Of a stretch of DNA of 64,000 bases, positions 1-9,426 are shown in pieces. The notes beneath the pieces are model-generated. The model was not told where the DNA came from. It did not search any database and saw only the letters and a list, made by a program, of their open reading frames with translations. The stretch is from Lentisphaeria bacterium (GTDB taxonomy: Bacteria > Verrucomicrobiota > Lentisphaeria > JABSQK01 > JAWLHB01): the NCBI GenBank assembly GCA_041690595.1, contig JAWLHB010000001.1, positions 248,001-312,000 on the forward strand. The letters are read 5' to 3'. The position numbers and the translations under genes were made by a program. The stretch's first letter is position 1. Every line of letters starts with the position of its first letter.

Positions 1-409
1 GGTTCTGCTGCAGAAGCTGGTCCACGCGCAGTTTGCGCGCCGTCAGCATCTCCAGCCATGCCATCAGCTCCTCGGTGTCCCCGCCCGAATCCAGCACACA
101 GTCCGCCCCAGACCGCAGCAGCAGTGTCCGGTCCGCGGCACCCGACGTTTTCTCCAGAACCACCAGCACGGGCGCGCTGCTCGCCGAGTGCTGGCGCGTA
201 ATGCCGCTCAACGCCTCACTTACCGTTGTTCCCTCCGCCGCATGGATGAGCAGGCATTCGCAACCCGGGTCGTGTAGGTGCCGGTGCACCACGGCCGACG
301 TTAAATCATCGCTACTCATCTGCCGTGTAACGCCTTCAGCAACACATTCAGCAAATCGGCACTGTTGCTCACAGACAGAACAGACAAGGTGTGGTCGCGG
401 ACGACCCAT
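1..409 (-). CDS. Partial (runs off left edge) signalling protein with degenerate receiver-like domain
   Basis: Not in ORF track. Manual translation from ATG 409 (GAGGG upstream): MGRPRPHLVCSVCEQQCRFAEC...APVLVVLEKTSGAADRTLLLRSGADCVLDSGGDTEELMAWLEMLTARKLRVDQLLQQN; the second half resembles receiver beta4-alpha5 followed by a coiled-coil linker. Confidence 0.55.
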   Translation of the reverse strand, partial: MGRPRPHLVCSVCEQQCRFAECVAEGVTRQMSSDDLTSAVVHRHLHDPGCECLLIHAAEGTTVSEALSGITRQHSASSAPVLVVLEKTSGAADRTLLLRSGADCVLDSGGDTEELMAWLEMLTARKLRVDQLLQQN

Positions 410-541
410 GGCAAGACCCTCGACATGAATTCAGAAGTGGCTACGCCGTAATGTAGTCTAACTTGCAATTAAACAACAGCAGGATCAGCCGCAACTTCAT
501 GTCATTGTCTGCCAGGCGAAACCTAAAGCCACGGTGACCGA

Positions 542-1657
542 CTACCATGAACGTGAATCGGGCACGGGCAGCCACGCACCGTCAAGACGGATCGAATCCT
601 GGCTCACCAGCCCCGGAAGCGTCATATCCATCGCCTCATGAATCCCGATGCTCGGCGCTCGTCGCCCAAGGCAGGCATCCAGGAAGTCCATGATCTCGAA
701 ATAATCGCCCCCGCCATGACCGGCTTTGGCGGCCGACTCGGACGCCTGGCGCCAGTAGTCGGGTAGAAACTCATCTTCCAGATCTGCCAGGTTCAGCCAC
801 GTATGCGCATCCGGGCAGCGCGATCGCAGCCAGATGCGATTGTTTTCCTTCCCGCCCCGCGTTGACTCGTAGCACCCGTCCGTCCCCTGAAGCGTATGAT
901 TGTGCATGGCGTGCGGACGATCCGACAGCATGTCCACCCTGATCTTGACCAGTCCGCCGCCCGCCATCTTGCCGAGCATCACGCACGTGTCTTCCTGTTC
1001 GTACGGGTTCCCGCGAGGATCCCGGTAATGATGCCCGCTGCCGACGCACGCGACCTCTGACACCCGGTCCCCGCGCATCCACTGCAGCAGCGGCCCCAGG
1101 CTGTGTGTGCCATAGGTGATGCCGTTGATGCCGGTTTGCCACTTGCGTCGCCAGGTCGTGATTTCGTTCAGCCCTTTGAGCTCATGCAGGTACTCTCCTT
1201 CTCCAAAGTATGGTGTACCGAAGAGACCGCGATCCGCTATCTCGCGCACCGTCGTGGATGCCCGCGTGTAAACATAATTCTCGGCCATCATGTAGATCGC
1301 CCGTGATGCTTTCGTGGCCGCCACAACGGCCTTCGCCTCATCGATGGATACCGTCGCGGGAACTTCGCACAGTACGTGCAACCCGTTCTCCAACGCCTGT
1401 ATGGTCTGCCTTGCGTGAATGTGCATCGGTGTACCGATGATGACAGCATCCAGCTCCGACTTCGCCAGCATCGTCTCAAAGTCCGTGTACTTCTCTGCCG
1501 CGCCCAGTCGCTCCGCGGCAGCGTCGATGTGCTCCGCGTTGATGTCGCAGACCGCATGAAGGCGGATCACTTCGCTCGCATCGCAGGCGGCTTTGAAGGA
1601 TGCACCGCGCCCGCAGGCACCCACGATGCCCAGATTCAGCTGCTCGTTCAGCTTCAT
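542..1657 (-). CDS. Gfo/Idh/MocA family NAD(P)-dependent oxidoreductase
   Basis: Rossmann GIVGACGRG, 'AVIIGTPMHIH', 'HVLCEVP', 'YMMAENY', C-terminal GHGGGD. Confidence 0.9.
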   Translation of the reverse strand: MKLNEQLNLGIVGACGRGASFKAACDASEVIRLHAVCDINAEHIDAAAERLGAAEKYTDFETMLAKSELDAVIIGTPMHIHARQTIQALENGLHVLCEVPATVSIDEAKAVVAATKASRAIYMMAENYVYTRASTTVREIADRGLFGTPYFGEGEYLHELKGLNEITTWRRKWQTGINGITYGTHSLGPLLQWMRGDRVSEVACVGSGHHYRDPRGNPYEQEDTCVMLGKMAGGGLVKIRVDMLSDRPHAMHNHTLQGTDGCYESTRGGKENNRIWLRSRCPDAHTWLNLADLEDEFLPDYWRQASESAAKAGHGGGDYFEIMDFLDACLGRRAPSIGIHEAMDMTLPGLVSQDSIRLDGAWLPVPDSRSW

Positions 1658-1669
1658 GAACCACGCTCC

Positions 1670-1870
1670 TTAACGCTTGAGGCGGTTTGCGGCATACAGG
1701 AAGAGGATGCCGATCATGATGTCGATGGCTCCAACTGCCGCGATCAGGATTCGCAGGATCATTGGAGGCGTGGCTTCCAGCAGCCCCAGGAGTACTCCCG
1801 AGAGCATGATCACCAGGCCGCCAATCACCATAATGCGGCCTATGCCACTGAATTTGCGAGGATCAGCCAT
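1670..1870 (-). CDS. Small two-helix membrane protein
   Basis: MADPRKFSGIGRIMVIGGLVIMLSGVLLGLL...ILIAAVGAIDIMIGILFLYAANRLKR; stop 13 nt before the oxidoreductase start; start trimmed from ORF track. Confidence 0.65.
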   Translation of the reverse strand: MADPRKFSGIGRIMVIGGLVIMLSGVLLGLLEATPPMILRILIAAVGAIDIMIGILFLYAANRLKR

Positions 1871-2020
1871 AAGCCGGCACCTGTCGTTCGAGATGTTGTA
1901 GCTGCAATGAAGCCCAAATATACAGGCCCACCAATCCAGATAAAACCGGTGGAAACGATTTGATCGGCTATATTCCGGCGAACTGGTTCGATCCGCAATC
2001 CAAAAAGGGGAGTTCATGGC

Positions 2021-2872
2021 ATGCTAAAGGCGCTCACGCAACTGGATCAGATCCTGAGAGGCGAGACGACTCGGCTGGAAAGGCTGCGGAAAGGCAGTTT
2101 CGAACTGAACCTCGGACCGCTCATCCGCGTCGGCATCGTGCTTGGCGCTCTTTATGGGATCTGCATGGGAGCCTTTGCCGTCGTGGCGCCCGGCGGCCCC
2201 GGCTTCATGCAGATGATAAGCTCTGCCGTCAAGGTACCCGCTCTCTTCCTTCTGACCTTGGTGGTCACCTTCCCGTCTCTCTATGTCTTCAATGCCCTCA
2301 TCGGCTCACGCCTGCTGATCGCCGACGTGCTCAAACTCTTGATCGCTGCCCTCGGCGTGACCATGGCGGTTCTCGCCTCGCTCGGACCGATCGAAGCCTT
2401 CTTTGCCGTCTCCAGCACCAGCTATGACTTCATGATCCTCCTCAATGTCTGCATCTTTGCCGCCGCGGGCTTCCTTGGCCTTGGCTTTCTGCTGCAGACG
2501 CTCCACCGCCTCAGTCTCATCATCGATTTTAACGAAATTCCACCTTCTTCGGCTGCCGAGTCGATACCACCCGAACCGCTGCCTGACGAACCCGCGCCCG
2601 CGGAGGCTGATGCCGACAGGGAAGCGTGGATGGATGCAGACTTGGAGCATTTCTCCGGGCCGCTGGAAATGGGCCACGATCAGTGGCTTGGTAACCATGT
2701 GCGAAAGGTCTTTGCCTGCTGGGTCGTCGTATTCGGCCTGGTGGGTGCTCAAATGGCATGGCTTCTCCGCCCCTTCGTTGGTGACCCGAGTCGGCCCTTC
2801 GAATGGTTTCGAGAGCGTGATTCCAACTTCTTCGAGGCGGTCTGGACTTGTCTCGCCAATCTCTTCTCCTGA
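2021..2872 (+). CDS. Multi-pass membrane protein of unknown function (paralog A)
   Basis: About 5 hydrophobic helices; motifs AVKVP and QMAWLLRPFVGDP; GGGGAG upstream. Confidence 0.8.
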   Translation: MLKALTQLDQILRGETTRLERLRKGSFELNLGPLIRVGIVLGALYGICMGAFAVVAPGGPGFMQMISSAVKVPALFLLTLVVTFPSLYVFNALIGSRLLIADVLKLLIAALGVTMAVLASLGPIEAFFAVSSTSYDFMILLNVCIFAAAGFLGLGFLLQTLHRLSLIIDFNEIPPSSAAESIPPEPLPDEPAPAEADADREAWMDADLEHFSGPLEMGHDQWLGNHVRKVFACWVVVFGLVGAQMAWLLRPFVGDPSRPFEWFRERDSNFFEAVWTCLANLFS

Positions 2873-3546
2873 TGATGAGAACACTGGCGCGGCGAGCCGA
2901 TGATGTGCTTCGCGCTCAGGCCTGGGAGGCGGATCCCCGCCAGGCGCGCTCGAGCATGTTCTCGCTGATGGTACTCATCGTCATCTTCGGCCTGCTATAT
3001 GGCGCGGTCATGGGGAGCTATGCCTTCTCCATGCAGCGCCTGTTGCAGGTGCTCTATGCCGCCGTCAAGGTTCCGATCCTTCTGCTGGTTACAGGCTTGC
3101 TCAGCCTGCCATGTTTCTTTGTCCTCTATACACTCATGGGGCTGCGCCACGACTTCGCGGAAGCCCTCCGCTCCCTCCTTGCCGCGCAGGCGGGACTGGC
3201 GATCATTCTTGCCTCTCTTGCACCCTTCACTGTCGTCTGGTATTGGTCGACCAGTGGCTACAACGCCGCGATTCTCTTCAATGGCTTTATGTTTGCGGTT
3301 GCCAGTTTCACCACCCAGTGGATCGTTCGCCGCTATTACCTGCCGCTTATTCAGCGCGACCCGCGTCACCGACTGCTTCTGCGGGCCTGGCTTACCATCT
3401 ATATCTTTGTCGGTATTCAGATGGGATGGATGTTGCGCCCCTTCATCGGCGATCCCAATGCTCCAGTACAGTTCTTCCGCTCCAACAGCTGGGGCAACGC
3501 CTATGAAGTCGTCTTTCGCCTGATCTGGCAAGTCGTTGCGTCCTGA
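2872..3546 (+). CDS. Multi-pass membrane protein of unknown function (paralog B)
   Basis: TGATG overlap with paralog A; motifs AVKVP and QMGWMLRPFIGDP. Confidence 0.8.
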   Translation: MMRTLARRADDVLRAQAWEADPRQARSSMFSLMVLIVIFGLLYGAVMGSYAFSMQRLLQVLYAAVKVPILLLVTGLLSLPCFFVLYTLMGLRHDFAEALRSLLAAQAGLAIILASLAPFTVVWYWSTSGYNAAILFNGFMFAVASFTTQWIVRRYYLPLIQRDPRHRLLLRAWLTIYIFVGIQMGWMLRPFIGDPNAPVQFFRSNSWGNAYEVVFRLIWQVVAS

Positions 3547-3807
3547 CGCCAGGTGGAAGCGTTCGCCCCGGTTCCGAAATCCAGTTCCGCGCACCTTCCG
3601 GATCTTGCCGATTTGCGCTGTGAAAATAGCCGGGATGCAGTATGGTGTAGGCTCGTGTGGCGCTATGCTGTGCCCTTCTGGTTCTGGCAGCATGCGCCGT
3701 CCTGGCGATGATACGGCGGTTCTGCAACGAATGGCAATCCCATGCTTCGCCAGGTCACCATCTGTTTCAACCGCGACGGCCAAGTCCGCATCCAAAGGAA
3801 ATCCTCC

Positions 3808-4887
3808 ATGAGCATCGAGCTTCGTCAAAATTGCCGGTATTCTCTGTTGGTCGCTACCAGCATGGGCGTGCGTCTCACTCCGGTCGATCAACAGCCCTTT
3901 CATTGCAGTGAAAACTTCCGCCTGCAGGTGACCAGCGCCGAGTCCAACGTCGCCAGCGTTTCCTCCTATCTTGGCTTGCCCGTGAAAGTGCTGACGAATT
4001 TCGTGAAGGGCAGTCCCGTCTCCCGCCTGATCAAGGACAATCTCGCCGGCCGCCACATGGATGTCGAAGGCAAGGACGTGGATCAGGGTGATCCCTGGGG
4101 CTACCGCCATCAGTTCAACCTTGCGGACAGCGGTCTCGGTTCGCGTGGACCCCGCGTTCACAATGACCGGGCCGGCGAAGTCGGTCGCACCCTCAGCGTG
4201 AAGGACTTCGATCTCGACCGCATTTTTGGCCAGGAGGGCGTACAGGTCGTGCATCTTTCCGGCCTCATCGGTGCCCTCTCTCCCGAGACCAGCCAGTTCT
4301 GTCTCGATATCGCCCGCGCCGCAAAGAAATATGGCACCCGCATCTCCTTCGACCTCAACTTTCGCGCCTCCTTCTGGAAGGGCCGCGAGAGCGAATTGAG
4401 CGCGATTTTCACCGAGATTGCCAGCCTCTCCGACATCCTCGTCGGGAATGAGGAAGATTTCCAACTCTGCCTTGGCATCGAAGGACCGGAGGCCGGTGGC
4501 AAAGGGCTCGCTGCCAAGATCGACTCCTTCAAGGGCATGATTGATCGGGTTCGCCAGGCTTATCCCAATGCACAGGTTTTCGCCACCACCCTTCGCGAAG
4601 TGGCCAGCGCCAACTCCCATCTCTGGGGCGCCATCATGTTCGAAGGCGGCAACTGGCATGTGGTCGAACCGCGCGAGATCGGCGTGCTCGACCGTATCGG
4701 TGGCGGCGATGGCTTTGTCGGAGGCATGCTCTATGCCATTCTCCGCGGCTGGAAACCCGAAAGCTGGGTTCAATTCGGATGGGCCTCCGGCGCTCTCGTC
4801 ACGACACTGCTCACCGACTATGCTCAGCCGGCTGACGAAGAGCAGATCTGGAGCATCTGGAAAGGAAACGCGCGCGTCAAGCGCTGA
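3808..4887 (+). CDS. PfkB family carbohydrate kinase, 2-keto-3-deoxygluconate kinase-like
   Basis: AESNVA, SFDLNFRASFW, GNEEDFQ, DRIGGGDGF; AAAGGA upstream of ATG 3808. Confidence 0.85.
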   Translation: MSIELRQNCRYSLLVATSMGVRLTPVDQQPFHCSENFRLQVTSAESNVASVSSYLGLPVKVLTNFVKGSPVSRLIKDNLAGRHMDVEGKDVDQGDPWGYRHQFNLADSGLGSRGPRVHNDRAGEVGRTLSVKDFDLDRIFGQEGVQVVHLSGLIGALSPETSQFCLDIARAAKKYGTRISFDLNFRASFWKGRESELSAIFTEIASLSDILVGNEEDFQLCLGIEGPEAGGKGLAAKIDSFKGMIDRVRQAYPNAQVFATTLREVASANSHLWGAIMFEGGNWHVVEPREIGVLDRIGGGDGFVGGMLYAILRGWKPESWVQFGWASGALVTTLLTDYAQPADEEQIWSIWKGNARVKR

Positions 4888-4902
4888 CCGCCTCAACGTC
4901 CA

Positions 4903-4936
4903 AGGTACGGGATGGCCCCTTTTGCATCCCGTACCT
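4903..4936 (+). terminator. Stem-loop after the kinase gene (terminator or mRNA-stabilising hairpin)
   Basis: 12-bp perfect stem AGGTACGGGATG / CATCCCGTACCT, 10-nt loop, pyrimidine-rich but not pure U tail. Confidence 0.5.
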
Positions 4937-4974
4937 CACTACTTCTTTCTGCCACACCATCGGGGAAATCGCCC

Positions 4975-6081
4975 ATGAATCTGCGCATTGAAGACCGAGA
5001 TCCAAACCTGAAGCCGCACACCCTCGACATCGAGAAGCAGATCGCCTGGTACGACGCCGGCGGTGATGCCTTCACCGTTCGCGGGCTGCCATGGTACGAG
5101 GAAAACAAGCACGCCTTCCGGCGCCTTCCCGATCGTGCCGAGGCCCTTGTTCGCGAGCCGGTCTGGGCGCTCGCGCAACACTCGGCTGGGGCGAGGCTTT
5201 CGTTTCGTACCGACAGCACCGCCATGCATGTCAAGGTGAAGCTCATCCACGCGAACACCATGAGCCACATGCCGCTTACCGGCTCCAGCGGTCTGGCGCT
5301 CTACGAAGGGGAACCCCGCTTCGAGAAACCATGGCCGGTCGCCTTCCCCGGCAGCGGCGAGGTCGCCTACGAGCGCACCCTCTTCACCGATCAGCCCGCC
5401 ACCATGCGCACCTTTACCCTTTACCTGCCGCTATACAACGGCATCGAGAAACTCGAGATCGGACTCAGCCCCCAGGCGCGCCTCGAAGCCCCCCCGCCGA
5501 CAGCCCTGCCGAAGCCCGTTCTCTTCTACGGCACCTCGATCACTCAGGGCGGTTGCGCCCATAATCCTGGCGCTGATTATCCTTCCATTGTCGGGCGGCG
5601 TCTCAACCTGGATACCATCAATCTCGGCTTCTCCGGCAACGGTCGCGGAGAACCCGAGATGGCTCGTCTCCTCGCCGAGGTCGACACATCCCTCTATGTC
5701 CTCGACTATGTCGCCAACTCCGGCGTCGATGGCTTGGCCGAGACCCTTCCGGGCTTCATCGACATCCTTCGCCAAGCACACCCCACCACGCCCATCGCCA
5801 TTGTCTCCCGCATCATCTATTCCAGCCTGCACTACAACGCCACTGCTTCCGGCCACAACCGGGTCGCCCATGAACGGCAGCGGGATATCTGCATGCGTGA
5901 GTACTTGCGCCGCCGGGATGCCGGTGATGCCGCCATCCACTTCCTCGACGGCAACTGCCTGATCCCCTATGGTGCCGATCTCGCCTACAGTGATGCCGGT
6001 GTTCATCCGTCGAACGTCGGATTCGCCGCCATGGCTGAAGCCCTCATTCCCCAGCTGGAGTATATTCTCCAAGGTCTATGA
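4975..6081 (+). CDS. SGNH/GDSL hydrolase with N-terminal accessory domain (probable carbohydrate esterase)
   Basis: Blocks YGTSITQG, LGFSGNG, DYVAN, DAGVHP. Confidence 0.85.
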   Translation: MNLRIEDRDPNLKPHTLDIEKQIAWYDAGGDAFTVRGLPWYEENKHAFRRLPDRAEALVREPVWALAQHSAGARLSFRTDSTAMHVKVKLIHANTMSHMPLTGSSGLALYEGEPRFEKPWPVAFPGSGEVAYERTLFTDQPATMRTFTLYLPLYNGIEKLEIGLSPQARLEAPPPTALPKPVLFYGTSITQGGCAHNPGADYPSIVGRRLNLDTINLGFSGNGRGEPEMARLLAEVDTSLYVLDYVANSGVDGLAETLPGFIDILRQAHPTTPIAIVSRIIYSSLHYNATASGHNRVAHERQRDICMREYLRRRDAGDAAIHFLDGNCLIPYGADLAYSDAGVHPSNVGFAAMAEALIPQLEYILQGL

Positions 6082-6165
6082 AAACGCTTTGACTATGACT
6101 ATAATAACTTAGGAGCTTGCGGACTCCACTTCTGATGCCAACCCTCTTGCCGGGAGATAATCCGA

Positions 6166-6930
6166 ATGCCGTACGCAGAATTTCTGAAGGAACGCTGTGG
6201 GGCGGAGAAGCCGACGTGCGGTCTGCTTCGTAAGGCGAATCCAAAACGCGACGTGCATAGCGGCTTTACATTGATCGAGTTGCTGGTGGTTGTGGCGATT
6301 ATCGGCATACTCGCCTCGATGCTACTGCCTGCATTGAGCAGGGCGCGCGGCAAAGCGTTGCAGACAAGCTGCCTCAACAACCTGAAGCAGTTTGGCTTGG
6401 CTTTCCTCTTTTATGCGGAGGAATCCAATAATTACATTCCACCAACGCACAACAATCTGGTGACCTGGCATAACATGTTAGGCATCGTCGAGAGACGGCC
6501 AGCCAGCGGTGAAGATCTCGGCATTTGGCAGTGCCCCGCCAACGGCGTTCAGAAATATGCCGGTGGGTATGCCCTCAACCTGGAGTGGAACAGCTATGCC
6601 ATCAATGGCTGGAACTCCAATCAGAGCGATTGGATGTATGCCGGAACCAATCTCAACCAGATGCAGTATCCAGATCAACTGATTGGTCTCATCGATTCAC
6701 AGTATTTCCGCCTCGAGCCGTGGAAGAACGACGGCGGAGCCACCGTCCCGTTCGTTGGCGCTGGCCCAAGCACCGTACGCTATGAGCACAATCTGACCTG
6801 CAATACGCTGCATGCGGATGGCCACGGCCAGAACTGGAAGGTCCCCATACCGTGGCGCGGAACCTATCTGGGCGGCGCCGGCCATGGGGCCAACAACTTC
6901 ACCAATGGGCGCCTCTGGTACGCCAACTGA
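6166..6930 (+). CDS. Prepilin-type N-terminal cleavage/methylation protein with H-X9-DG motif (DUF1559-like)
   Basis: G^[28 protein letters not shown]...[24 protein letters not shown]; exact start uncertain. Confidence 0.9.
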   Translation: MPYAEFLKERCGAEKPTCGLLRKANPKRDVHSGFTLIELLVVVAIIGILASMLLPALSRARGKALQTSCLNNLKQFGLAFLFYAEESNNYIPPTHNNLVTWHNMLGIVERRPASGEDLGIWQCPANGVQKYAGGYALNLEWNSYAINGWNSNQSDWMYAGTNLNQMQYPDQLIGLIDSQYFRLEPWKNDGGATVPFVGAGPSTVRYEHNLTCNTLHADGHGQNWKVPIPWRGTYLGGAGHGANNFTNGRLWYAN

Positions 6931-6938
6931 TTCGCCCG

Positions 6939-8015
6939 TTACTTGCTGACGTTGAAGCGAAACTCGATCAGATCGCCATCCTGTACCAGATCTTCCTTGC
7001 GCTTCTGCGTGGCTTCGCGCTTGAAGGTGTCCGGCGTAGGATTGGCGGCAAACTCCGCGTAGGGCAGGTCGATCGCCCGAATGAACCCGCGCTGAAAATC
7101 CGAGTGGATGGCTCCCGCCGCGTCATAGGCGGTGCCTCCCTTGGGCATCGGCCACGCACGGCATTCATCATGGCCCACCGTGAAGAAGACCTGCAGGTTG
7201 AGTAACTGATAGGCCGCCTTCAGGATCCGCTTGAAGGCAGGCTCGGCGATCCCGAGATCCGCCATGAATTCCTTTGCGTCATCCCCTTCCATCTGCGCCA
7301 GTTCCGCCTCCAGCGTCGCGCACATCGCCGTAAAGGTCAGCTTTGGATAGTCCTGCGCATACTGCCCCACCAGCTCATCCATCTCGCCAGTGCGATCTTC
7401 TGATATGTTCAGCACGATCAACAGCGGTTTCTGCGACAGCAACTGATATGGCGACAGGATCTTCTCCTCCTGCTCGTTCAGCGTCAACTCCCGCACTGGC
7501 TGTTCGGATTCCAGGCTCCCCGCGATCCGTTCCAGCAGCTCCAGTTCCCGAATCTCTTCGTTCCGTTTCGTCAGCAGGATCGACTTGCGCAATTTCTCCA
7601 CCCGCTTCTCCACAATCATCAGGTCGCTCAGAATGATCTCATTGAGGATGAAGTCCAGATCCCGACGTCCATTCACGCTGCCGAAGGGATGTGGATAGGC
7701 CGGATCGTCAAACTCACGGATCACCAGGCAAAAGGTATCCGCTCGCCGAAGCTCGTCCACCGTCGCCGATGAAAGTCCCGATCCCGCATTCTCCGCGGAC
7801 ATCGATGGAGCGTTGATGAATTCTACCGACGCGTACGCCTGCTTCTTCGGCTGATAGACCGCGATCAGGTGATCCAGCCGTTCGTCCGGAACGAACGCCG
7901 TCGCGATCTGCGCTCCCTTCTTGCCGGTTGCCGAGCCAACCATGCCGCGTTGTGTCAACATGGTAAAAAAGGTGGTCTTGCCGGCAAGGGGCAGTCCCAC
8001 AATACTGATGCGCAT
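6939..8015 (-). CDS. ychF: YchF/Ola1-family Obg-like ATPase (divergent)
   Basis: MRISIVGLPLAGKTT, VPDERLD, LNISE, TGS domain FFTVG...AAGAIHSDFQRGFIRA...VQDGDLIEFRFN; start trimmed to 8015. Confidence 0.8.
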   Translation of the reverse strand: MRISIVGLPLAGKTTFFTMLTQRGMVGSATGKKGAQIATAFVPDERLDHLIAVYQPKKQAYASVEFINAPSMSAENAGSGLSSATVDELRRADTFCLVIREFDDPAYPHPFGSVNGRRDLDFILNEIILSDLMIVEKRVEKLRKSILLTKRNEEIRELELLERIAGSLESEQPVRELTLNEQEEKILSPYQLLSQKPLLIVLNISEDRTGEMDELVGQYAQDYPKLTFTAMCATLEAELAQMEGDDAKEFMADLGIAEPAFKRILKAAYQLLNLQVFFTVGHDECRAWPMPKGGTAYDAAGAIHSDFQRGFIRAIDLPYAEFAANPTPDTFKREATQKRKEDLVQDGDLIEFRFNVSK

Positions 8016-8170
8016 GGTATGAAAATCCTGGGGCGTTGTCTGGTCTGTTGAGGGCGGAGCGGCACGAACGCCGATACTCCACAAAATCATATCATACTGG
8101 CTGTGCGCCTCTTCGTCCACTGCCGACTTGGACTTCCTGAACCCAGACGCTACTTTCTGTAGACTAATGC

Positions 8171-8199
8171 TTGTATTCATGGTAGCGAAAGATTACCAT
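8171..8199 (+). promoter_or_regulatory. Putative sigma70 promoter of the GntR gene/operon with overlapping inverted repeat
   Basis: TTGTAT-17 nt-TACCAT; ATGGTA-N9-TACCAT palindrome at 8179-8199. Confidence 0.45.
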
Positions 8200-8244
8200 T
8201 CTTAAAGTTATTAATCTGTTGGATAATAAGCGGAGGGGCATCCA

Positions 8245-9369
8245 GTGACTACCTCAACCGATCATATTACCGAACTGATCAGCCGTCACTATCGCGGCAT
8301 GATCAGAACGGGTCGCTTGGAGCCAGGCAGTCGATTGCCGTCTACGCAGGAACTCGCCGAACGCTGGCAGACCCACGCCCCTGTCGTTCAGGTCGCCATG
8401 GCAGCCTTGGTCAAGGAAGGTCTCCTGAAGCGAACGCCGGGCGTCGGCACTGTCGTTCTGGACGTGCCTGCCGGTCTTTCTCATGTTGGTGTCCTCTTAC
8501 CGCAGGGCCTTTTCGAACATGTTGAAGGCGCCTATATGCGGCGACTTTGTCATGAGATCGAACGTCAGCTCTGTGATACCGGCAAGATGAGCACCTTCAT
8601 TATTCGCGATCCTCTCCCCAGAGGGGATACCGACTCCGAATCGATCCATTTGCCCAGGGAATTGATCGAGAAGGCAGACCGGCGGGACATTCAGGCGGTG
8701 GTGGTCCCGGTATCCTCGGCCGAAGAGGTGCCTGTGCTGCGGAAACTTCCCGTTCCAGTCTCTGTGGTTACGGGTATGGATGTTCCGTTTCGCATTTCCT
8801 TTGATGACCTGACTGCTGTCGAGCAAGCCATGCGGGCGCTCAAGGAGAAGGGATGCCGGCGAGTTGGCATCATCGATGTGCACGCGTTGGCGATCGAGCA
8901 TCAACCCGGCGTCTGCACTCAGGCGCGCCTCCATCATCTCCATGTTCGCCAGTGTGCCGAATCCATGGGGCTCGAGATGCGCGAGGAGTGGACGATTAAC
9001 GCCGTGCGGGGTGACGAGCTGCTCGATGTCTCGCACGAGCGCTACGGTTATGAATCGTTCATGCGCATCTGGCGCAGGGAGGGCCCTAAGCCCGATGCTC
9101 TCTTCGTCAATGAGGATATCGTCGCCCGCGGCGCCCTGATGGCGATCCTCCAGCTTCGTGTCGATGTGCCCAGGCAGCTGCAACTGGCCGTTTATCAGAA
9201 CAAGGGGCTGAACATGCTCTGCCCGCTTCCTGCCACCTTCATCGAGTGGGATGTCGCCAGAATCGCTGGCGCGCTGCTCGAGCAGGTCGAGCGACAATTC
9301 GCCGGCGACATCGTCTCTCCCCTGATCATCCAGCCGGAGGTCTTCGACCATATGCCCGACTTTGCCTGA
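8245..9369 (+). CDS. GntR-family regulator (GntR wHTH + LacI/periplasmic-binding-type sensor domain)
   Basis: PGSRLPSTQELAERW...LVKEGLLKRTPGVGTVV; C-terminal PDALFVNEDIVARG...VDVPRQL; GGAGGGG upstream of GTG. Confidence 0.9.
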   Translation: MTTSTDHITELISRHYRGMIRTGRLEPGSRLPSTQELAERWQTHAPVVQVAMAALVKEGLLKRTPGVGTVVLDVPAGLSHVGVLLPQGLFEHVEGAYMRRLCHEIERQLCDTGKMSTFIIRDPLPRGDTDSESIHLPRELIEKADRRDIQAVVVPVSSAEEVPVLRKLPVPVSVVTGMDVPFRISFDDLTAVEQAMRALKEKGCRRVGIIDVHALAIEHQPGVCTQARLHHLHVRQCAESMGLEMREEWTINAVRGDELLDVSHERYGYESFMRIWRREGPKPDALFVNEDIVARGALMAILQLRVDVPRQLQLAVYQNKGLNMLCPLPATFIEWDVARIAGALLEQVERQFAGDIVSPLIIQPEVFDHMPDFA

Positions 9370-9426
9370 ACCTGTTCTTTCTCTGGATCCGTGGACTGAC
9401 CTGAAACCGACACAAAGGATCTTGCG

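Noticed and set aside
33..428. 131-aa plus-strand ORF
   Set aside because: Ser-rich, no motifs; antisense to a better minus-strand frame with an SD and receiver-like sequence.
1984..1996. GGTTCGATCC resembling a tRNA T-loop
   Set aside because: No acceptor, D or anticodon stems can be built around it.
2995..4896. 633-aa minus-strand ORF
   Set aside because: Antisense shadow of the membrane paralog B and PfkB kinase genes; expected with strong GC codon bias.
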